From positions 17,360,001-17,424,000 of the forward strand of contig OZ004608.1 in assembly GCA_963924565.1 (NCBI GenBank): a DNA stretch of 64,000 bases, read 5' to 3'. The first letter of the stretch is position 1, and every line of letters starts with the position of its first letter. Under the pieces are notes generated by a model. The model worked only from the letters and a program-made list of their open reading frames with translations, was not told the DNA's origin and did no database searches. The translations under genes and the position numbers were made by a program. Shown here one piece after another: positions 39,701 through 54,000 of the stretch. Origin of the DNA: Ascidiella aspersa (taxonomy: Eukaryota).

Positions 39701-42440
39701 CTAACTATAATGCTATAGTACTGGCGTTTGGTATGTATTTATACAGCTTCATTTAAATCTGATTAAAAAGTGTAAGTTTTTGCTCTTTTTCCCACCATTT
39801 TGACTTTTGGGTTGCTTGTGTTCAACCAGCATGGAACCTGTCCGTTTGTGACAATATAAATGTTGCGGATCCAAGGGGCGTACATTTCGAGGGACCTCAA
39901 TGAGTATCTGTGTAGTGTAATGTATATACTTATTTAAATAATAACGCAGTTTTACACTTGAATAAATACGTTGTAGCCTATAGTTAAACTACCTTGTGTT
40001 AAACTTGATAAATTTAGGATCATAATAAAAAATCATTTGTTTTTCCACATTTGCTTAACCTGCCAAAGAGTGTTAACCTTAGTGAGCATTCCGACGGCGA
40101 TAATATATTAAGACATTAAAATACTTGCACACATGTTTTATAATAAAACTGACCTCAGGACTCCGTTGTCAAAAAACCTCTGGCCTCGTATGTCTATTCC
40201 GTTGTTTACTGATGATGTAAGAGTAATATTTATTGATCGTTGAAATTCCGGGTCGGAACCGTTTACCTGTGATCAAAGTGGATGCAGGGTTTGTTCGAAA
40301 AATGGTAAAATATCTATATCACTATTTTAAAATCACAAAAATATAAATAACGTATAGTTACGTGCTGAGTGTTATTTCCGTTTTTAAAGGCATTTTCCAT
40401 TATGTGGACAAAATAAAGAAAAATAAATAATTCTTTGCTCATGCGCACAGCGCTCAAATTTCGTCAGACAAAAACAAAAAAATCGGGGAATCCCTCATTG
40501 TGTAACATATAATCGCACACGTTTTAGCATTTTTGTAGCTGAAAAACTACTCATGATTAAAACCCAAAACAAAAAGAGAAAAATATATCTAAATAGAGTA
40601 TATAAATTTATCTTTACGTTCAAAGAAAGAAAAAAATTTGACGTCATCACAAAAATTGGAAGGGGTGATTTTTTTTCGTTGCCTTTAAAGCAATTATACA
40701 CCTACTTGCCAAACCCAATATTTTTACAACTGCTTTGATGAACGGTATAACAATAAATCCAAATACCTTTTATAAAATTCATTTTTTTAAATATACAGAA
40801 TTCGAACTACCTTGACATACATGTAGTATTTTTTTGTTTTTACGAGAATTGCCACTTGAGTGCTTTCTGTGAATGGGCCAAAACAATAATTAGTATATTC
40901 CAATTAGTATACTTCCCAGTAACATTTTTTAAGATAGCCTAAGACGCAACACGACCCTTTGTTTGGAATGATTTTACCGGAAAACCACAACATGATTATA
41001 ATAAAGGCTATTTTAACTTAATTATAAGAAGCGCAAAACTTAACACATTCGTTCCACTGTTTATAACATAGGGTGTAAAAAATTAATGCAAAGTTTAGTA
41101 GATGTAAGCTTTTGTTTTAGATTATTTATATTACAAACACATGGCGCATAAAAATTTGCAATTAGCTATTGTCGAAATTTTCTTTAAAACTGTTCAATCT
41201 GGCCAGCTGAACACTTACAACAGCAGGAGAGGCGTTTGTGGCACAATTGTGCGACAACAAAATGTCACGTCGAAATTTGCGCACATTTTAAAGATCTTTC
41301 AAAATTTTGCGGATGTTTTTTTTCCAGAATGTTTGCATTGCAAAATGTGCTTTAGAGTTAGAAGAGTCGAAGAAAGAATTGGTGAAAGAGTTGTAGGAAG
41401 AGTAAAAATCCGGTAAAGAGTCAGAGAAAGAGAAAAAAGGGGAAAAAAGAGAAAAATGGGGAAGAATAGTTTGATTAAGAGTTTAATGCCCACACGATCA
41501 AAAATTTGCGCGAATTTGTGCAAAAAGCTCGCATTACTGTAGCCGAAAATACGTACAATTATATATATTAGGTTGTTTAAGGTTTGATATATATAACAAT
41601 CGCACAAGGCGCAATGCCTACAGGGGAAGGCATGTAACAATTTTAAATTATACAATTAAGGTTCTTAAAACCTAATGGTAATTCTATACCTTTAAAGATA
41701 TTTTATTCTGAACAAATTTTTAAGTAACATTAGTATAAAGCAAAAGATTTAAAAAACAAAGTACACATTTCATTTTGATTGCGCCATGTGACTTATAAAC
41801 GCCAAAAGTAAACACCGTCATTTCGAGCTATATTTTATTATTGTTTATGTGCTGTATGTGTCACGTATCCTTTTGATTGACGTTTTGCCAATGCAAGACG
41901 AATAAACGCAATTTTGTTTGTGATTAGAGTGGGTTTTAGCCGCATATTCGCGAAATTGTTTGCACGAGGAACAACAAGGGTTTTTAAGAATAATTGTTTT
42001 ACAGAGTAATATTGTTATGTTCTTCTATTTAAAAGTTTTCCATGCATCCCAGCTAAAATCCTGATGTCCTAGTTTGCACTAGCCCGAAAAAAGCACTCTC
42101 CTACTCCTACACCAGCCCGAAACGCTCTAACAACGCTAACTTTATAGTAAATAAATATGATTAACATTTAACTTACCCACGTGTAAACTACGTCAATATC
42201 GTTATGGATTTCATGCGTTTTGATCTTCATTGCGCCAAATATTCTGCTCTTCATGTTTGGAAACTGCAAATAAAGAAACTTCTAATCTATTCAGACGTCA
42301 TTATAACTCAAATTTTAAACTAAATTTACCTTAAGAAACCTTTTATAGTTTCCATACTCTACGGAACCAATCCAGATGTTTAGTATTACAAGGACAATCA
42401 GCAAGGCAATTACACATCGTTTCCAACGCAGCATCGTCAT
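36722..42440 (-). CDS. Stealth-family hexose/HexNAc-1-phosphate transferase (minimal GNPTAB-like), type II membrane protein, 387 aa
   Basis: Ten phase-consistent exons: 42440-42330, 42263-42177, 40266-40154, 39907-39796, 39160-39020, 38478-38351, 38224-38114, 37692-37545, 37274-37156, 36815-36722 (1164 nt). N-terminal [21 protein letters not shown]1 [16 protein letters not shown]; CR2 [51 protein letters not shown]; CR3 [22 protein letters not shown]; CR4 [15 protein letters not shown]. Confidence 0.92.
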
Positions 42441-42770
42441 TCAGAACACCGTCCGAAACGACAGACGTTTGAGTGTGTCGCACATTTCAGTTAAATTTGA
42501 CACCACTCTAAAGACTGGAACACGAGGTTGAATAGGGGTTAGCACTAAGAACATAACATAAAGACACGGTGTATTATATTTTCTATATTTAATTACCCTA
42601 GTAATCTGACAAAAACAATAAATATAATCTCTGTGTAAATGTTAACTCAGGTTTGTAAGAACTTCGTGACTGTCATAGCAAAAAGAGATGTAACACTTTC
42701 GTAATAAAGGAATCTCTTACAAACAGCAAGATGTAATAAATAGATTCTTGCTTTCGTTTTTTTATAATGT

Positions 42771-42908
42771 AGACTGTTTAGTTAAAACGATTTCGTCAAA
42801 ACAGCTTTAACCCTAGTTACATGTCAGCTAGCATTTTACAGACTGTTCAGTTAAAACATTTATAGTCAAAACAGCTTTAACAGTTAGTTACAAGTCAGCT
42901 ATCATTTT
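42771..42908. repeat. ~69-bp imperfect tandem duplication upstream of the Stealth gene
   Basis: agactgtt(t/c)agttaaaac..gtcaaaacagctttaac..tagttaca(t/a)gtcagcta x2, starting at 42771 and 42840. Confidence 0.8.
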
Positions 42909-44216
42909 GCCATTCAAAATCACCAATTTCGCTAAAACTTATACAGAATAGTTGCGACTAGTTCGTTTCATGTTTACTGGCCTGCAATTCAGTGGTGAAT
43001 CGACTACCTAAAAAGCGAAAAACAGAACAGGCACCACAGTAAAGTGTGCGACTGTGCGTACTGTGCGTGCTGTGCACCCTGCGGCACAAGTGCGTACTTA
43101 AGCGAACTTTTTGTTTTCACGGCAGCGCATTCTCTCAATAAGACTGGAACTGAAATCTCAGGGAATAAGTTTTACCTTTACAAACAATGCACCAGTCGAA
43201 ATAATTCACGTTTCACTCGTCTGCTGATCAGAACTTACGAAGCGCATTGAATTAAAAGCGCTTTACCATCAGTGCTGGTTTAAAATAATGACAAAGACGT
43301 GACGGAAAAACGTGTCTCCATTTTGGCAAGTTTTTCAGTCTAAAAACAATGGAAATGACTCATCAGGGTGGTTTACAAATTTAAGTATTAAACGTCTGTT
43401 GACAAGTTTAAAACATACAAGGCGAAGGCTGAAGCTCGCAGTGTTTCGAAAAAATAAACATTAAAAAAAGCTGTATTACCTATATTCATTCAAAATATTG
43501 AAAAATATGTTTTAGGAGGGAAAACGCAAACATTTTGTAATAACAGAACGTACACATGCTGCGTGGGCTGCTATGGTCATAAATACTTGTTTTACGTGTC
43601 AAAAGCTGATTTATTGAACACTCTAAACATCATTTCCTATTTTAATTAATTATCTTCTCTACAACAGTAAAACACTCACCCTGCAAATTGACCAAGCTAT
43701 TACCATCCGCATTTCAGACATTTTGAACCTGTACGAATAGGAATTATTTGATATTTTTTACCAAAGAATTCTTTCAGCCATTTCAAGATTTGTCAAAACC
43801 TTGTTTTTTAATGTTACTGAAAAAGTATTTGGCAAACTTTGGCTCTTTATGAACTGGTTCTAAGCACTGTAATTTTCAACATAACAAAGTGTTGTTCTAG
43901 CACTCCAATATACGCTTCTGATATATTTAAGGTTTCGAGCAAGCATTGTCGTGATTTGTTCAGTCGTAGTATTTCATCCTATTTGTGAAGATGATACAAG
44001 TTTGTTTGTTTTAAAAATTAAACTGATAATAAGACAATGATGCACACCATTTTTTTTAACGGCTATTAAAAGTTTCGTTTATTGTTGTTTTTTGTACACA
44101 CACAGAGCTCTAAAAGTAAAAGCTCCTCACAACTTGTTTGCCAAAATAAGTTTAATAAATGGCATTGTATCGAGAAATGTGTTTACGCGCCTACAGGTTT
44201 TAGCCTTCCTTTGTAC

Positions 44217-45071
44217 CAGCGGTCGCCAACCTTTTTTGCACTGCGGACCGGTGTAAAACTGAAATTTTGTCGCGAACCGGCCTTAAAAAAAAGAGTCCAG
44301 TAAATAAAATTTATTACAACTTTTTCATTGCAAAATTTAAGCTTGTTTTGCCACAAAAAGATGCTCCCATCTAGGAATTATTGAACTTAACGAAACCCGT
44401 GGACGGCATTTGTCCCGCCAAGCTATTTAACCCAGTCTACGGCTCATTTCAATAAAACTTTTAGGCATTTACTTTTTTTCTTAAATTACACTTATATACC
44501 ATTAAATTACACTCGAATATCATTATTACCTATCCTAGACTTACCAGCTTGTCAAAATAAGGATATTTGAAATTTATTTACTAAAAAGTCCACACTTTTG
44601 TATTTTATATAATAATGTGTTTTAGATCCGTTTTTTGACCAGGCCCTACACGACACTTTCTATAGTTACGCAATACAAGTATCAAAATAATAAATCATTT
44701 TATTATGGGACATTTTTTATAAACGTTGTTTGCATGAATTATTCTATTGCACTTTGGGGTGAGAACGCTTGAACATTAAAAAAACTTGATAGGCTAATTT
44801 AGCTTTAGCCCACTGTTCGATATATTGTCAGTACCGTACTAGGAGTTAGATTTTGCAATAAAAATATGCATTTTTGGATGTTGCGAACGTGCTATGTAAC
44901 TCATATGGCCACAGCATAGTATCACCACTCATGAGAGCTTAATACTATGATTTTTTATATTACCAATCAACCATGGAGTATATCTAAACGAAAGTTAATG
45001 TGTTTTGAACATAAATCTGGCAATATTGCTACGAACCGGTAACAAACTCTTTCAGCGGTTGCCGACCGCTG
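44217..45071. mobile_element. hAT-like non-autonomous element
   Basis: Ends cagcggtcgccaacc...ggttgccgaccgctg with g(a/g)accgg subterminal repeats. TSD not convincing. Confidence 0.65.
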
Positions 45072-48000
45072 CACTAAACTAAAAGCTTTTACCGATTTAA
45101 ACCGAATCAACACAAACGTTATACCGTAACGTTACGTCATCACTTAAATTTTTAATGGCCCTAAAAAACATCCTGGATATGGGTGGTCGGACGCAATTAA
45201 TCTACCTCACTTTTTGGGAAGCAAAAACGAATATGCCTCAAACGTATATTCAGTAGTTCGCCATGAAAATATTTAAAACGTTTGTTTAAGAAGTATACAA
45301 CCTGGCTATAGGAAACAGCATATGTTATTAGTAGCCTACAGGGCGATTATTTTTTCTCCTACGACTGAGAACTTTCATTCTAAAAATATTTTTTTCGACA
45401 AAATTTCACACTATTAGAATTACAATAATGAAAACAACACATTGTTGCATAAAGTACTGCATTAGCGTTTTGGCGTATAGTCTGTCACATGCTTTTATAG
45501 TTTACTGACAACTGGTGGAACACAAATTAGTTATTTTTTCGGGTTTATACATAACATGAAATATCAAAACCAACCAACTACAAAAATGCCAGAAAAATAG
45601 ACATTGGTTAGTTCAGAACATTGTTGAACAAACGGTTTAGTTAAAATACAAGGACAAAATATACTCCAGGTTACTACGGAGCTATGAGAAAAACACACTG
45701 TAACGAACCATAATAACTTAAAACAAGATTAGTTGTTTTAATTTTTCGTAACTAGACCAAATCTTTTCAAATATTTAATACCACATGCTCGCGTAATACC
45801 TTATAATGCTAAAATGTTGTTGGATATAATTTGATAATAAAATATGAAACTGAGCGACGATTTCAAAGACAGTTAGTTTTTTTAACGCTTTTAGGCACTT
45901 TGTAGACGATTTGACTTGAAATAGGTTTGACAAATTCTAACCATATTTTGACAAAATTTGACATCGTTCCTAATTGAAAACCAAAAAACCTTTACATTAT
46001 TATTGGCACTACAGCTTTGAGCATTTCGCAATATAGCCTTATGCTTGTTGCTAAATGTAGGTCGACAAATCAACTCCTCATAGCCAATTAAGACTTCCCT
46101 GATTTGAATTACTTTGCGTATCGAGTTAAAAGTTTATATTCGCGCTTCGCACCATATCCTCTTTGCAATGTGGCATAGAATTGTAGGCAACACCACTCCA
46201 ACTCGAAAGCTAACACACAAATCTTGGTTGTATGCTAAAGGCGTTATGCAGTTCTATCATTTTGAGGTACAGGTATTTGTCAATTAACCCGAATAATTGG
46301 TTATTTTTTCGTGCGACAGCTTTGCTGCCATATCCTTGAATACATTTAAACCCGATTCCAGTTGCACATTTCCGAATTCAACAGGAAACAAAAGGTTTCT
46401 TAAGATTACTTGTTTTATGACGTCACACTTTGTAAAAAAAAAAAAAGATAACACAACCTTAAATCTGCATGCTTACTAAAAAACATTTGCTCAGTAGAAA
46501 AATGCCGTAGAGGGAACACTGATCGAAAAGATAACGACCCTTTCAGATCAAAACATTGCCATAAACATTTGCCATGCCATCATGGAAGTTTGAGTCGTCT
46601 GACCCAACTCGAAGTATTTCATAAAGCACTGAGGCACTATTGAAAATTAGACTATGAAAATTTCTGTTTATTGTGTGTGCGCCCTTCCCTCGTTGCAAGC
46701 ACGTGCTTATTTTGCTTAACGGTCAATCCAACCCTGTTTCGGTTTACACAACAAATAAAAGACAAAACAGTGACTTTATATTTTATTGTCGTTAATGTTA
46801 ATCACAATAGTAAAAGTAACGCGTGCGCATTTTGACGGGAACGCGGCGATAATAAAATCGTGCGCGTAAAGCGCTCTCCAGAGCAGGGCCAAGTATAGTT
46901 ACCAGATTTGGAAACAATTTACGTTCACGAGGCCCCGCCCCAAAGATAGCTTGGTTGTTTTTCCGGGACGGAGAAACGAGTCGATTAGTTGATGAAACAG
47001 AGTGTTAGTCGCAGGCACTTCCGGAACGGCGGGAGATCATTTGCCGCTTACGCAAAAACACGATAAGAACGATAAAAAGCGTATTGGGTAAAAACGTTGG
47101 GAACGCATGAATAATCGGCTAATCGCTACTAGAAGTGTTAGTGGCGACACGCGCATAATATGACCTTCGACGGTCCTAGCACCGAACTACTGTAAGGTTC
47201 ATAAGTAAACGTGTTCGTTTGAAAAGCAAAGGCAGGCATGTTCCGAACGGTTACATCTTCTTCATTTTGCTCCTCGTGTCAATTCGCACGATTTGACTGC
47301 TGGGGCTGCATTTGGTCGTGTTACAAACAACCGTGTAAGCGTTTTCCAATAAAATATACGAAATTTAAAAAAGAGAAAAGAAAAACATATGTAGAGCAAT
47401 TAGACGCGCAAGTTACAAGTAAACACACGAGATAAAACGGTAGGAGCATGCACATAATTAACAGACGAAAATAAAGAGAGAGAAAGATAATAGAGCGACA
47501 AATATATGTTATTTTTCTTGGAATACCAGCCGTCTACATATTATTAATAGCAGTAGCAGAGCAGAAGAAACCGTGAATCAGTCATGGAGCACTAGCCCAC
47601 TACGGTCGCTATGATAACAATTCATTATAAGGCGACGCATACGTTAGACGAGATACCCGTCAAAAATTGCGATGGTTAGAAGACTGCGCCGAAGCGAAAA
47701 ACACAAGCTAGCCAAGCAAACTACACTGCACATCACTGCTACTGAAAATAAACCACTGATGAGATGAAAACACACACGCAATAGATAGATACTGCCACAA
47801 GGGTCGTATTTTATGATGATGTGAAATGTATATGGGAAGCTATCGAGATTTATTGCACCACTTTCGCAAAGCGCTGGGGGCGCAAGTCGATCGCCGCTGT
47901 AGACAAGTGCAATTTGACTTTGAGTGAACGATCGAGTTGGTGCTGAACGCAGCACAGAAAACACAAAACAACAATTGAGAGATATGAAAGACATGCGAAA

Positions 48001-48096
48001 GGCGAGGAATTTTTACGAAGAATAGGAAATTATGAAGGAGTTTAAAGTAGAAGCGGCGACAATCAGCAGTGGAATAAGACGCCCAAGAGAGCAAAG

Positions 48097-51000
48097 TCAG
48101 CAAAGTGAAATTTGTTTATCGTCGCTGGAATCACTCAACAAGATCTCGCGCTTAGCAGTCGGCTTAGCACTATGTTGTTCCTCGGGCCTCACAGATAAGG
48201 GGAGGGTGTTGCTTTTGCGTAGGGGGTACTGACCCATGGGTAATTGGGGAGGTGTGCGACCGGCGGTTGAAGGGTGCTGAGCGACGTGGTTGGGTAAGCT
48301 GGGCAGACTACGACCGTGGCCTTCGGTAGGAGTGGGTGGCAGGTTTTGGGACATTCTGCTTTCTAGATCGTCGCTACTTGTGGTTTTGCTGAGCGAAGGC
48401 CGCTTTCCGCCGAACGTAATCTGGCTGAAGCGTCGACCAATATTGTGCAGCGTGTCGCTTCGAGATCTGCCACTCTCGCCGTCGTCGGTGCTCTTACGCT
48501 GCTTGCGAAACTTGGACGAGCGTTTTGGGGCTACAGGGGCGCTTCCTTTAGGGGCTTCAGCTAACGGAGCGGCCCAAACGTCATCATTGACTGGCGGCTC
48601 CCGTGTGGGCGAGTCGGCAGGCGAAATGTCGAGGAGTAGGTTGGAGTTGTTGCGTCTGGGCGACGAGCTGTTGCTACGCTGGTAAAACTCGAGATTGTTA
48701 GGACGGACGTTGGTTTTCGACTGCTGTACATTTTGCTGCTGCATGAAATCAGGAATCGAAGGCTGTCGCCGACTGGGGACGCCATCTATGTCACGTCTGA
48801 ACGGGTCTGGACAAAAGAGAAGATAAACGCGTTTGCATTTGTATTTAGTTAACATATTTTTTTCCTAAAATAGGTTTTAAAAATATGTATTAGGTTGCCG
48901 GTAACGGGATTTACTGGCGCGAAAACTCAAAATTTCAGGCTTTGTTGATAGTAATCTAAGGTTCAGTTTTTTGTTTATAAGCAAAAATTTGTTTTCAACA
49001 ACACAGCAAAATTAAACGGCTCAACGCATAATACCTTCAAAGGATTTACAAGCAAAATAAAAACAAGCCATGGCTGTAAATGTAAATATATAATAGAAGC
49101 GAAACGTGTAAGAAAATGTGTTATGTGCAAGCGCAACCCGGTTGGCAGCTTTATCACCGAATACTCTACAGAGAGAATTCCAGAAAAAGAAAGTCCTGTA
49201 AATAGCTTACTTGTGGCGGACAGCTGAAGATCTTGCACGCCGTTAATGGAATTCATACTAACGCTATCTGGAAGGAACGTTCCGAGTTCTGCGCAAAATC
49301 ACGGGTTGTTTGCATACGAATTAGCTTTTTAGCGCGTGCAAGAAAATTTTCGTGCACGAGTGGAAACAAAAGGGCGGGTTATATTAGCTTTGTGGAAATT
49401 TATTAAACATAGCAACCAGTTTCAATGACAATATAAGGTGGTCTTTTAAAATATTGGTTAGAAAAGAAAAGTTTGTTACAAATTAACAGTGTTAGTGGCG
49501 GAGTTGGAAAATTAGCGATAAAACGGGTTTCCATCACCAACATTACAAAAGCAAGTAGTTACATCAAAAAAATAATTACGAGCAACTTAGCATACCACAC
49601 CAGGCAGTATCTACCAAGTAAATAATGAATGTAAAAAGCACAAATTACATCATGCAGCGACGACATTTAGTCACACTGGAATACAAACAGCTCCTTAACT
49701 TGGATTGGTGGCAGTTGGATCGTCAAAAAACGCATTGCTACGAAACACTTAATTTTTAGCCAATTCTTCGCTAACTTAACCACAAAACTTTTAATTATTG
49801 GGGGTTGTTGTTAGATAACGATGCTGTTTTGGATGATCCGATTCCCACCGACTATGCCAAAGATATGACGTCACTCACCGTTTCGGGGCGGGATGGACGG
49901 TAGCAAATCACCACTCTGTGAGTTTCAAGTCAGTTGTGCAAGCCATGCGACAGAACATAAACAAAATTCATGAGCGGATGTTGTTAGCGAAAACATATTA
50001 TAAGAGCTATGTAAGTAGTTAGTGTAAAATGCGCGCCGACAAGCGCGCAACGATTTGAATTTGAAGGCAAGTTACCTAAGAACTAATTTGCGATGGTCGT
50101 TGCTTCTATAAAAACTCCAGTTTCACCAGTAATTTTTACGATAAAATTGCGTTTCACATAAATACAATGAATCTCGGTTCTTGGAAGTTTTCTTAGTTAT
50201 ATTTTTTTATATTCTGTTGTAGTGCTTAGTCTCTAGACGAGCCTTCAAATAAAATCGAAACATGGATTTCTGAATGTTAACCACATGGAGTTAGCACAAA
50301 TTAACAAGACACCAGTGGTTAATAAGTTATGTTAGAGGAGTTGTCAAGAAACAACATCGACAGCAACCTGTAGGTTTGACAAACATGCAACACACTCATG
50401 TCTATCTTGCATCATGCAAAATTTAAGCGACTTGAAATATTAACTGATGCAACAACTTAAAGTTTTTTTTTTTTGAATATTACTGATATTAAGGGCGTTT
50501 AACTACTAGATATAAAGCGTCGAAACTGAAGGCACGATCATTTGATAAAACTTGTTTTTATTGGTAATAATGATGTCTTTATTTTAAGCTATAGTAGAAA
50601 ACAAATGTTTAACAAAATAAAATATTGGAATCAAATAACGAATGAGAGATTAAACCCAATTGTTTTCCATACTAAACCTATTTCCGTGCTTACCTGCTTA
50701 TCAAAAACAAACTGGGGTAACACCGCTATAAATAGACAGTCACCACGACATGACACAGCAAGGCATAAATTACAAGACTACGCAGCAGACATTTAACACC
50801 ACCGTTTTGACACTACATAAAACGTCACCGCCACACCTCTAAAAAGCGAGAAGAGCAATATCACGCTACTTCCACGGACGCTTTGCACTTGACCAAACTA
50901 ACATCCTCAACGGAAGACTCTAAACTCCCGGCGTCTACACGGCCGAGCAAAGCGACGTGGCAGCGCGGCACATGCGAGCTTACCGTGCTAGTGCTGTAAT

Positions 51001-54000
51001 TCTCGCTGCTCGACTGCTTGTTGCTACTGTCTTCCGACTGAGGAAAGGCGGGCGAGTCTCCAAAGTCGAGCAGGATGTCTTGCTCGTGCGAGATGACGCC
51101 TGCCGCGGACGCATTGCCGCCGCCACTTGGTACAAAAGAGAGGTCGCTAACCGAGGCGGCGAGGTCGTCCGGCTCCGATATGGCAGAGTCGGGAGTCAGA
51201 GCGTTGTCGTCCACATTCTCGGGCGCGTACGACGAGGGAGTGTTTTGAAACCCTGCATAGAACAAACGATACTTTCGGTTTTATTCCGATATATAATGTT
51301 TATTAATTGTATACTTTCTAACGTTAGTAAAGATTAGTGTTGGATCAAAGTAAGTTCTAAGCCAGGGGTCGGCAACCTATAGCCCGCGGGCCGTATCCAG
51401 CCTGCCGATGTAATTCATCCGGCCCGCCGCCTTTGACAAATTAGACACGAGTCCATTTCACATACTTTTTGACTATTTTAACTACGTAAGTGCAAAAAAT
51501 TTTCGCGCTTCGCGCGAATCATCATTTTGCCTACGGTTTGTTTACGTTTTGATGTGGTGTATTCACCTAGATCAGCGCTTCTTTACATTGCGCCGTGGAA
51601 GGTTGATTTCACAGTTGTTCTAATATTTCACAGTTGTTCTAATATTCACAGTTGTTCTAATATGTTAATAACACAATTCTTAGTTATCATTTTGTGCGGC
51701 CCGCAGAGATCTTTTTGAGTTTGGTTTTGGCCCACGACTAGAAAAAGGTTGCCGACCCCTGTTCTAGGCGATGGTTCTTCCAGATCTAGATAATTCTGTC
51801 ATCACAAATAAAGTTAAAATCTAATATAAGGCGAGAAACACACAATAAAGCCTATGAAGCAAGAATATCTAAACCGGAATTAAACACCTCCTTTTAGCAT
51901 ATCGGGTAAAGTCCGAACGTACCTAAATGGCGTTAATTACAACTAAAGCTGTAGGTGGAGGGTATTGAAAGATCCGGGCAACTGATCAAGACAGATTTTC
52001 ACAAGAAATTTAAAATATAGATTTGTCGTAAGAAAAGGGGTTTGTAGAAAACAATGTTTCAATGAGATACACAATTCTATAACAAACTTAAAAATTGGCT
52101 CACTTACAATTACGTAAATTTAATAATGAAAGGTCAAACCAACGTTTTGGTACAATTATGCGGCTAAGCCACGATTTCCGACACACGTGGGCAAAAAGTA
52201 CACCCGTCCAAAATAATAACATATGACGTCATCACTAGGGTCAAAAGAGCTAAAGTGAAATATTACAAATCCGTGAAATTAGTTTTTTAAGGTAATAATC
52301 CACAATTACTATAATTTGATAGTCTCTCTACTGTTTTGATACATTTATCTTCTAAGATAGAAACGCTACGTGGGACCACAAACCACTGATAAAATGGAAT
52401 GTTGGATCGGGAATTATTCCAGTATCGAACGGATACCGATTAAGGATGTTCAGTGTAAAATATCGGACTTCCAAGGTATTCGAATTCTATCCTGCCAATT
52501 TATATCGGGTATTGGAAAGGCTATAATTTCTTCGTTTTACCGCGTAAGGTTGCGCCAAATTGTAAATACTCAAGCAAATGTTTGGATAAAACCTATCGTT
52601 GTGGCTAAACATGGCTGAGATTTTTTATTCAATGTGGCGTCAGCGCTTATACGGGCGACTAATTACTTAGCGAAAGCCTTTGGCTATTATTAAGTTTCAA
52701 ACAAAAGGTATACTTTCAATCGTATATTTGTGTTTTAGCTGCAAAATTACCTCTATATATCAACTGTATATAAACAATAAGAGTCTGACTAGACATTAGA
52801 CTATATATTATAAGTGCCTAAAATACACTGATATAACTAACTTCTCCATAGGCCGAAATTAAACCACAGGCCTTATGTGGCCCATAGTTTAGTGACTCGC
52901 TAATATATAAAAACTCCACTGTAGTTGCAAAAACGGACCGCTTATAAGTATCGAAAAGGACTATTAAAACAAGGTCTGCGGAGCTAAAAATACACAGGTA
53001 AACCACGCCAATAATTTTAAAATATACACTACCATTTTTACACATTCTATCACCGAAGGTACTGTAAACAAAGCAGACAATTTTCAGACTAAACTCTGCA
53101 CATATTAAACATCGAAGGCGTTTTTTTACTTTACCTGGAAAGGGGAATATGTTTCCGGCCTGGTGAGAGTGTGTGTTAAATATGAAGTCCTTATGCTCGA
53201 TCAGCATCTCCACAATGCGCGATTGGAAAGGCATGTCAATCAACATGATCAATGATTCGTTGCCGTCTCTGTGACATAAAACAATAAAGCACCACGTAAC
53301 CTAACGGTAATACCCTCTAAGATCCGTAACATGCCAACTGGAGGTGTTTTTAAGCAATTCAACTATCGGGCTTAAGGAGCTCCGGTTAAAAAACTTAGAC
53401 TGTGTCACCTTTTAGAAACAAAATGTATTTAAACTTAGCCAAAATGCATGGGAAACGATTGTTCGACTAGAAGAGCGTCACTCACCCGAGCACCTGGCGC
53501 ATAAGAGTTGGTCCAAACACGATAGCGAGGTTGCTCGCTGTCATCTTGTTGTCCCGGCTGTGGGAGGCGATCCTGTGCAATTAAAACACAAGCTATCATC
53601 AGGTAAAAACTTTAGTTAAATTTCATGCGAACCGAAAGGTAAACATCAACAAACGGCAGAAAGAAAATATTAGCGATCTCGGCATTCCAATAGCTGCAGT
53701 TCAACAACAGAAGGTACGATTGTTCTTAACACAATAATGGTGAATTTAATACAGGAAACTGTATTAATTATAGTGGGGTTCAGCTTTCAAATTGTTTTCT
53801 TTATCAGGCAAAAATGTGCGCTTATAGTTGTTGCATGGCACTACGGTACGAAAAATAAAATTTTACGGTCAATGTCGATGTGTTCTGCAACACAAAAAGC
53901 TTTTTTCGGAACAACACGAAGACGAAAGGACTCTCTCGAGACCGGTTTTCCTTGCGGTTTCGAAAAGTGAATATTCTGCTGGCGTCTGGATAAAACTTAA

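Noticed and set aside
36722-42440. Recent bacterial HGT or contamination origin of the Stealth gene
   Set aside because: Nine spliceosomal introns, host-like composition and GNPTAB-like motifs. Ancient transfer can only be tested by phylogeny.
43044-43250. Metallothionein-like ORF MCDCAYCACCAPC..
   Set aside because: GTG start. The cysteines arise from the tgtgcg microrepeat, and there is no gene structure.
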